Part shown: positions 48,365 through 53,429 of the stretch, one piece after another
How the letters are laid out: the number at the start of each line of letters is the position of its first letter
How positions within the stretch are numbered: position 1 is the first letter of the stretch
NCBI GenBank assembly: GCA_046484805.1
Contig: JAWOIF010000055.1
Coordinates: 1-53,429 of the forward strand
DNA from: Bacteroidales bacterium
GTDB lineage: Bacteria; Bacteroidota; Bacteroidia; Bacteroidales; VadinHA17
Direction: 5' to 3'
DNA length: 53,429 bases
Translations under genes and position numbers: made by a program
Notes under the pieces: generated by a model
What the model saw: only the letters and a program-made list of their open reading frames with translations
Databases searched by the model: none
What the model was told of the DNA's origin: nothing

Positions 48365-48436
48365 TTTTCATTTTTCCACAGAGGTTTGGTTGCGCCGTCG
48401 CAGGGAGCTGTCCGCCAGGGCGGCTCCCTCTTTTTT
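48364..48436 (+). ncRNA. Putative 3'UTR-derived sRNA or autoregulatory element with an anti-start-codon seed
   Basis: GTTTTCATTTT...GAGGTTTGGTT followed by a strong terminator; same layout as the element at 2088-2170. Confidence 0.4.
48402..48436 (+). terminator. Intrinsic terminator
   Basis: AGGGAGCTGTCC-GCCA-GGGCGGCTCCCT followed by CTTTTTT. Confidence 0.88.
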
Positions 48437-48482
48437 GTACTGATATGTTAAATTCGTACTTTTACCTCAGCAAAAACCGGTT

Positions 48483-49583
48483 ATGATGAAAAAAGCAGTT
48501 TTTCTGTTACTGATTATGCTGCCTGCCGCTATTTCCTGCAACAGGGAGAGCGATGATTTTTTATGGGAGTATACAGGAGGGAATGGAGGCGCACATTATC
48601 TGGCACTTACACCTGATTCGGGGTATATCAGTGCAGGTGCCGTTGACGGGAAACCTTACCTGATGAAGAGCGACAGGGCAGGCAACAAGATTTTCAGTTT
48701 CTCTTCAGAGATGCAGGGAAGTTTCAGGTCGGTGTGGTATGACACTGCTTTCTATATGGTGGCAGGGGGTTCCGAAGGGGATCTGCTTCTCACTATGCTC
48801 GACCCTGACGGAGATCTTCTCTGGGAGAAAAAGGTAGAAGCGGGGATATCAGTCAGTGAGGTATTTCTCTTTCCCGGCGAGTTTGACGGGGAGATTATAG
48901 CTATTTGCGGAACCGGACCTGACGAGCCTGCAGAAGCTTTGTCAGGTATAATGAAGGTCATATGTGACACTGCGGGGAATATAGGATCAACAATTACCCG
49001 GGATGAACCGTTTTTCTTCCGGCTGTCAGGGGCTGTTGCACTTTCAGATGGCGGGTATATGCTTGCAACTACAGAATCGGCAGGTACGGCAAAACCGGTT
49101 GCGGCAATGCGAAGAATAACCAGTACCCTGTCAAATGCAGGCAGCAGGACGGAACTATCGAATAACCCTTCCTATAGCGCAGCATCGCTTGATATATGCA
49201 GTACTGTGCCCGGAGAATACCTGGTGAGCGGCCGTACCGAGCTGTCATCAGGAGAGACCATTTTCATGAACTCGTTTTTAAGCATGGTCAGATCGACCGG
49301 ATCATGGAAAAAGTATCCCGAGAACTCTAACGAGGGGGTTGCACTATTTTATGACGGACACGGCCTGGTATATATGCTTAACAGGAACTGCTTCATTGTT
49401 ACTGTACTCAGCATCGATGACGGTTCAGAATACAGGAGGTTAAGAATATACAATGCATGCGATTCATACGATACCGATGCACTGGCTGAGACCTTTGTCA
49501 TGACCCATGACGGAAACCTGTTGCTGGCGGGTATAAAAGGAGGAAGATACTATCTTACTCTGAAACCCGTTAGTGATGAATGA
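48483..49583 (+). CDS. Hypothetical lipoprotein, probably beta-propeller-like
   Basis: Lipobox AISC; repeated D.DG.LLW.K and DGG/DGN turn motifs. Confidence 0.7.
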   Translation: MMKKAVFLLLIMLPAAISCNRESDDFLWEYTGGNGGAHYLALTPDSGYISAGAVDGKPYLMKSDRAGNKIFSFSSEMQGSFRSVWYDTAFYMVAGGSEGDLLLTMLDPDGDLLWEKKVEAGISVSEVFLFPGEFDGEIIAICGTGPDEPAEALSGIMKVICDTAGNIGSTITRDEPFFFRLSGAVALSDGGYMLATTESAGTAKPVAAMRRITSTLSNAGSRTELSNNPSYSAASLDICSTVPGEYLVSGRTELSSGETIFMNSFLSMVRSTGSWKKYPENSNEGVALFYDGHGLVYMLNRNCFIVTVLSIDDGSEYRRLRIYNACDSYDTDALAETFVMTHDGNLLLAGIKGGRYYLTLKPVSDE

Positions 49584-49605
49584 AAAAATGGGTTAATTTT
49601 GCACC

Positions 49606-50070
49606 ATGAAAAGAGTTTTTGTAATAATCCTTACCCTGTTACTTGTCGCTTCGAGTGGAAATGCTCAGCGTATTGTCAAGACAGTTGATCTGTTCAACGT
49701 CGGGCAGGATGATCCTTACAGGGGTGATCTCTTTATATTTCACGATCCTGCCATAGACACACTTATAAGCAGACACCTTGAGGCCAACAGGCTTGCCGGA
49801 GGAATTGACGGTTACCGGATACAGGTGTATCGCAGGGGACACCGTGCGGCACGGGACGAGGCAGATAAGGTAATGGCGCAGGTGATTAGCGACTATCCTG
49901 ACATGAGGGCATACCAGGAGTTTGAACGGCCAAACTTTTATATAGTCCGACTGGGGGATTTCCGAACAAGAATTGATGCAATGCGTGCACTGGAAAAGGT
50001 CAGGAGATCATTCAGTGAATCATATCTCGTCAGACAGAAGATCAATCTTCCGGAAATAATCAATCAATAA
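49606..50070 (+). CDS. SPOR-domain peptidoglycan-binding protein
   Basis: Signal peptide; GYRIQVY...PNFYIVRLGDFRTRIDA. Confidence 0.85.
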   Translation: MKRVFVIILTLLLVASSGNAQRIVKTVDLFNVGQDDPYRGDLFIFHDPAIDTLISRHLEANRLAGGIDGYRIQVYRRGHRAARDEADKVMAQVISDYPDMRAYQEFERPNFYIVRLGDFRTRIDAMRALEKVRRSFSESYLVRQKINLPEIINQ

Positions 50071-50071
50071 G

Positions 50072-51973
50072 ATGAGCGAACCTGTTAAGCACGAATGCGG
50101 GATAGCACTTTTAAGACTGCTTAAGCCCGTAGAATTCTTTATTGAAAAGTATGGTACATGGAGATACGGACTTGGGAAGATGTATCTCATGATGGAAAAG
50201 CAGCGTAACCGCGGTCAGGATGGAGCCGGTCTGGCAGGTCTGAAGCTTAATGCTCCTGCGGGAAGACGCTATATTTTCAGGCAGAGGTCAAATAATGTTG
50301 ATTCAATAAAGGACGTTTTTTCACGGGTTTACGATGATATAGAGTTAGTTAAGGTAAAGGAAAAAGAGAGGGCGGAGAATCCGGTCTTCCTGAGGGAGGA
50401 GATGCCTTTCGCATGTGATATTTACCTTGGACATCTGAGATATGGAACCTTCGGTAACTATAATATAGACTATGTCCATCCGGTTACCAGAGAGAACAAC
50501 TGGAGGTCGCGAAGCCTTGTTCTTGCCGGGAATTTCAATCTTACCAATGTCGATGAGATATTCAATCATCTTGTTGATATCGGCCAGAATCCTGTCGATT
50601 TTTCAGATACCGTTACGGTACTTGAGAATCTTGGCCATTTTCTCGATGAAGAGAATGAAAGGTTGTACAGGGACTATAAGATGCATGGGTATTCGAAAAA
50701 GGAGATTACTCCTATGATCGAACAAAATCTGAATATTTCTACGGTTCTTGAGAATGCAGCCAGAAAGTGGGACGGGGGCTATGCCATGGCTGGCATAACC
50801 GGTTTCGGAACAGGCTTTGTATTAAGGGATCCTTCTGGTATCAGGCCTGTATTCTACTATCATGATGATGAAATTGCCATTGCTGCTTCAGAAAGGCCGG
50901 TGATTCAAACCGTTTTCAGAAGGAGGACTGCAGAGATAAAAGAGCTGACGCCGGGTCATGCTTTGATAATCAATGCTTCAGGATCAGTTGCAGAGGAGAA
51001 GGTACTGGACCCTGCTCCAGCCAGGAAATGCTCATTTGAAAGGATCTACTTCTCAAGGGGTACAGACAAGAATATCTACCGCGAGAGAAAAATGCTCGGG
51101 GAGCTTTTGACCCCTGCTGTACTTAAGGCAGTCGATTACGACATCGAGAACACGGTCTTTTCATATATCCCCAATACTGCCGAGAGTGCCTTCTTCGGCC
51201 TTATCAAGGGTCTTGAGGACTACCTGAACGGATTCAAGGTTGATGCCATTCTGAAACAGAGGGAAAAGGCCGGACGCGATAAGCTGGCTGAGATTATGGC
51301 GGTAAGACCAAGAATTGAAAAGATTGCCGTCAAGGATGTCAAGCTCAGGACATTCATTACAGAAGACACTGCCCGTAACGACCTCGTGGGGCATGTTTAT
51401 GATGTAACCTACGGGGTGGTAAGACGGGGTATCGACAACCTGGTTGTATTGGATGATTCGATAGTCAGAGGAACCACCCTTAAGAACAGTATAATCAGGA
51501 TTCTTGATGGTTTAGGACCCAAAAAACTCATAATCGTCTCATCCTCTCCACAGATCAGGTACCCCGACTGTTATGGTATCGATATGGCCAGACTGGGTGA
51601 TTTTATAGCTTTCAGGGCGGCAATTTCAATTATTATGGACCAGGGAAAGGAAAGCCTGATAGATGAAATATATGAGAAGGCCAGAGCTGAACTTGAGAAG
51701 CCTGTCAGTGAGATGGAGAATGTTGTCAGAGAGATTTATGCAGATACCTCCCCGGCTGATATATCAGGCAAGATAGCCTCAATGCTCAAAACACCCGGAA
51801 TTGAGTCAGAACTGGAAATAGTTTATCAGTCAATTGAAAACCTGCATATTGCCTGTCCGGGACATGCCGGTGACTGGTATTTCTCGGGAGATTATCCCAC
51901 AGCCGGTGGCAACAGGGTTGTCAACAGGTCGTTTGTAAACTTCATCGAGGGGGTTGACAGAAGAGCATATTAA
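50072..51973 (+). CDS. purF: Amidophosphoribosyltransferase-like class II glutamine amidotransferase (long Bacteroidota form)
   Basis: KHECG (Ntn Cys after a short propeptide), RGQDGAG, GHLRYGT and PRPP motif VVLDDSIVRGTT. Confidence 0.85.
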   Translation: MSEPVKHECGIALLRLLKPVEFFIEKYGTWRYGLGKMYLMMEKQRNRGQDGAGLAGLKLNAPAGRRYIFRQRSNNVDSIKDVFSRVYDDIELVKVKEKERAENPVFLREEMPFACDIYLGHLRYGTFGNYNIDYVHPVTRENNWRSRSLVLAGNFNLTNVDEIFNHLVDIGQNPVDFSDTVTVLENLGHFLDEENERLYRDYKMHGYSKKEITPMIEQNLNISTVLENAARKWDGGYAMAGITGFGTGFVLRDPSGIRPVFYYHDDEIAIAASERPVIQTVFRRRTAEIKELTPGHALIINASGSVAEEKVLDPAPARKCSFERIYFSRGTDKNIYRERKMLGELLTPAVLKAVDYDIENTVFSYIPNTAESAFFGLIKGLEDYLNGFKVDAILKQREKAGRDKLAEIMAVRPRIEKIAVKDVKLRTFITEDTARNDLVGHVYDVTYGVVRRGIDNLVVLDDSIVRGTTLKNSIIRILDGLGPKKLIIVSSSPQIRYPDCYGIDMARLGDFIAFRAAISIIMDQGKESLIDEIYEKARAELEKPVSEMENVVREIYADTSPADISGKIASMLKTPGIESELEIVYQSIENLHIACPGHAGDWYFSGDYPTAGGNRVVNRSFVNFIEGVDRRAY

Positions 51974-52917
51974 TCGACAGAGTCGAACTCGAAACCTTCG
52001 CGGTAGGATGCAAGATGCCTGCTGATCTTCTCTACGTATATATCCCTGATGGTAATCATTATCCCGGTCTCCTCGACATTACCAAAATGATGATTCAGAA
52101 AGGTCCCGAATGTCCTCATTGTGGGAGAGAGGTTCATATAAGCATTGAAGAGCGGAGGGATGTTCTCGCCCAATTTTCTCACCTCTGCTGAAAGAACCTT
52201 ATAGTCATCGCGGTATCCTCCGGTGAACAGCTGTTTCAACTCTTCCTCATGGAAATCAATTTCCATGGGTTCTTTCGGGGTGATAAGATTCTCATGATCG
52301 CCAAAATGCTTGCGCATGAAGCAGAGTATCATATCCCGTGCCTTCTGGTTATAGTGCCTGTACATGGTCACCTTCCCGAACAGATACCTGATATTGGGAG
52401 ACTCAATAGCTATTGCCCCCAGGCCGTCCCAAAGATTGTCGAGAGAGTAGAGACTCTTCCTCCCCATTGACTTTGACTGGTATTCGGGCTGAACAAATGA
52501 CCTTCCCAGCTCCATCAGGAAAGGGTAAAAATTTTGCCTGAAGGAATCTGAAAAGTGAAAGTATGAGTATGATGCAAGTCTTGTCAGATCATTGTCAGGA
52601 TTCCGGTGGTCGTTTATGAAGTATCTGTATCCGCCAACTACCTCGAGATTGTCAGGATCCCATACGATAAGCTGCTTATGAGGATGGTCAGGGTCGATGT
52701 CATAATGGTCTACATCAATCTCCTTTCCCGTTCCTCCGCCAGCACTCCTGAAAGCATGCTCACGAACCCTTCCGACTTCACTCATAAGCACAGGTGATTC
52801 GGTTCCGGTGAAAAGATAAACCTCGTTATTGCCATTATTGGTTTTCCGCAAAAGCCTTTCAGGAGTAAGTTCTGCAATTATCTCCTCTACTGGTGCGCGC
52901 TCAGCTATTTCGTTCAT
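51970..52917 (-). CDS. GNAT-family amino-lipid N-acyltransferase ('hemolysin', GlsB-like)
   Basis: REHAFRSAGGGTG, ELGRSFVQPEYQ, LDNLWDGLG and IPPLFNAY. Confidence 0.82.
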   Translation of the reverse strand: MNEIAERAPVEEIIAELTPERLLRKTNNGNNEVYLFTGTESPVLMSEVGRVREHAFRSAGGGTGKEIDVDHYDIDPDHPHKQLIVWDPDNLEVVGGYRYFINDHRNPDNDLTRLASYSYFHFSDSFRQNFYPFLMELGRSFVQPEYQSKSMGRKSLYSLDNLWDGLGAIAIESPNIRYLFGKVTMYRHYNQKARDMILCFMRKHFGDHENLITPKEPMEIDFHEEELKQLFTGGYRDDYKVLSAEVRKLGENIPPLFNAYMNLSPTMRTFGTFLNHHFGNVEETGIMITIRDIYVEKISRHLASYREGFEFDSVD

Positions 52918-52933
52918 ATGCTTTGTGTTATGA

Positions 52934-53429
52934 TCAGATTGCAGACTTTTGATTAATTGTATTATGTATATTTTTTTCCAGATCGTAGGATCTCTTTCTC
53001 ATGAATGCAGCCCACCCTGACGCGCTTTTTGACTTGTCGAATGTTTTCCAGCTGACCGGTTTGCCGAATACAATGTATATCTGCTTTCCTTTCTGCTGAA
53101 ACATCTCATCGGGCAGCCAGAGCATCTCAAGATTGGTTTTAATCCCCAGCAGGCTTCTAAGGTTAGCCAGAGAATAAAAGAAGCCTGAATTTCTGCCTGA
53201 AAAATAGACGGGGATGATATCCCTGCGATGCCAGACAGCCTTCGCTATAAAGCTTTTATGCCAATCGACATCGGATATTATCCCTTTTTTTCTCCTTGAG
53301 CAGATGCCGGCAGGGAAATAAAGTATCTGATCATCAGACGCATAGGCATTATCAATCGCCCGCACTGCTTGCCTGCCCTGTACCCCGTGCTTGTTCACCG
53401 GAAGAAATATTCCTGAGAAGTTGTTAATG
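52934..53429 (-). CDS. PlsC-family O-acyltransferase (GlsA-like); 5' part lies outside the window
   Basis: Frame is open to the window edge (INNFSGIFLPVNKHG); FPAGICSR, WHKSFI, IIPVYFSGRNS and LPDEMF. Confidence 0.8.
   Translation of the reverse strand, partial: INNFSGIFLPVNKHGVQGRQAVRAIDNAYASDDQILYFPAGICSRRKKGIISDVDWHKSFIAKAVWHRRDIIPVYFSGRNSGFFYSLANLRSLLGIKTNLEMLWLPDEMFQQKGKQIYIVFGKPVSWKTFDKSKSASGWAAFMRKRSYDLEKNIHNTINQKSAI

Overview
Core-genome segment of a Bacteroidales-type bacterium, judged from the TAnnTTTG promoter boxes, SusC/SusD genes, a T9SS C-terminal domain and the Bacteroidota gene order. In order it carries rprY(partial)-rprX, an IPExxxVDY-family gene, fabF-acpP, purN, an M23 peptidase, leuS, tRNA-Arg(CCG) followed by a complete mrpA-G Na+/H+ antiporter operon, a T9SS-secreted M6 metalloprotease, an exbB-X-exbD-exbD motor behind tRNA-Ser(GGA), ansA, tatD, two glutamate dehydrogenases flanking dprA, tadA, a CAZyme-less tandem susC-susD-susC-susD-DUF1735 locus, aspS, a barrel-less TonB plug protein, miaB, a LytS/LytTR pair divergent from a TonB-dependent receptor, a SPOR protein, a purF-like gene and a glsB/glsA-like acyltransferase pair. 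No CRISPR array, transposase, integrase or rRNA is visible. The most interesting signal is non-coding. An ORF-free ~83-nt unit at about 2088-2170 has a sigma54-type promoter, a seed antisense to Bacteroidota start regions (TTTTTTTTCATAGGTTAGGTTAG) and its own terminator. A second element of the same design (48364-48436) sits in the 3' UTR of the TonB receptor and is an exact 11-nt reverse complement of that gene's own start codon region. Other notable items are further sigma54-like promoters, candidate RprY and LytTR operators, and an 8-bp tandem array that supplies the dprA stop codon. All calls come from reading the sequence and recalling protein families; no database searches or folding programs were run.
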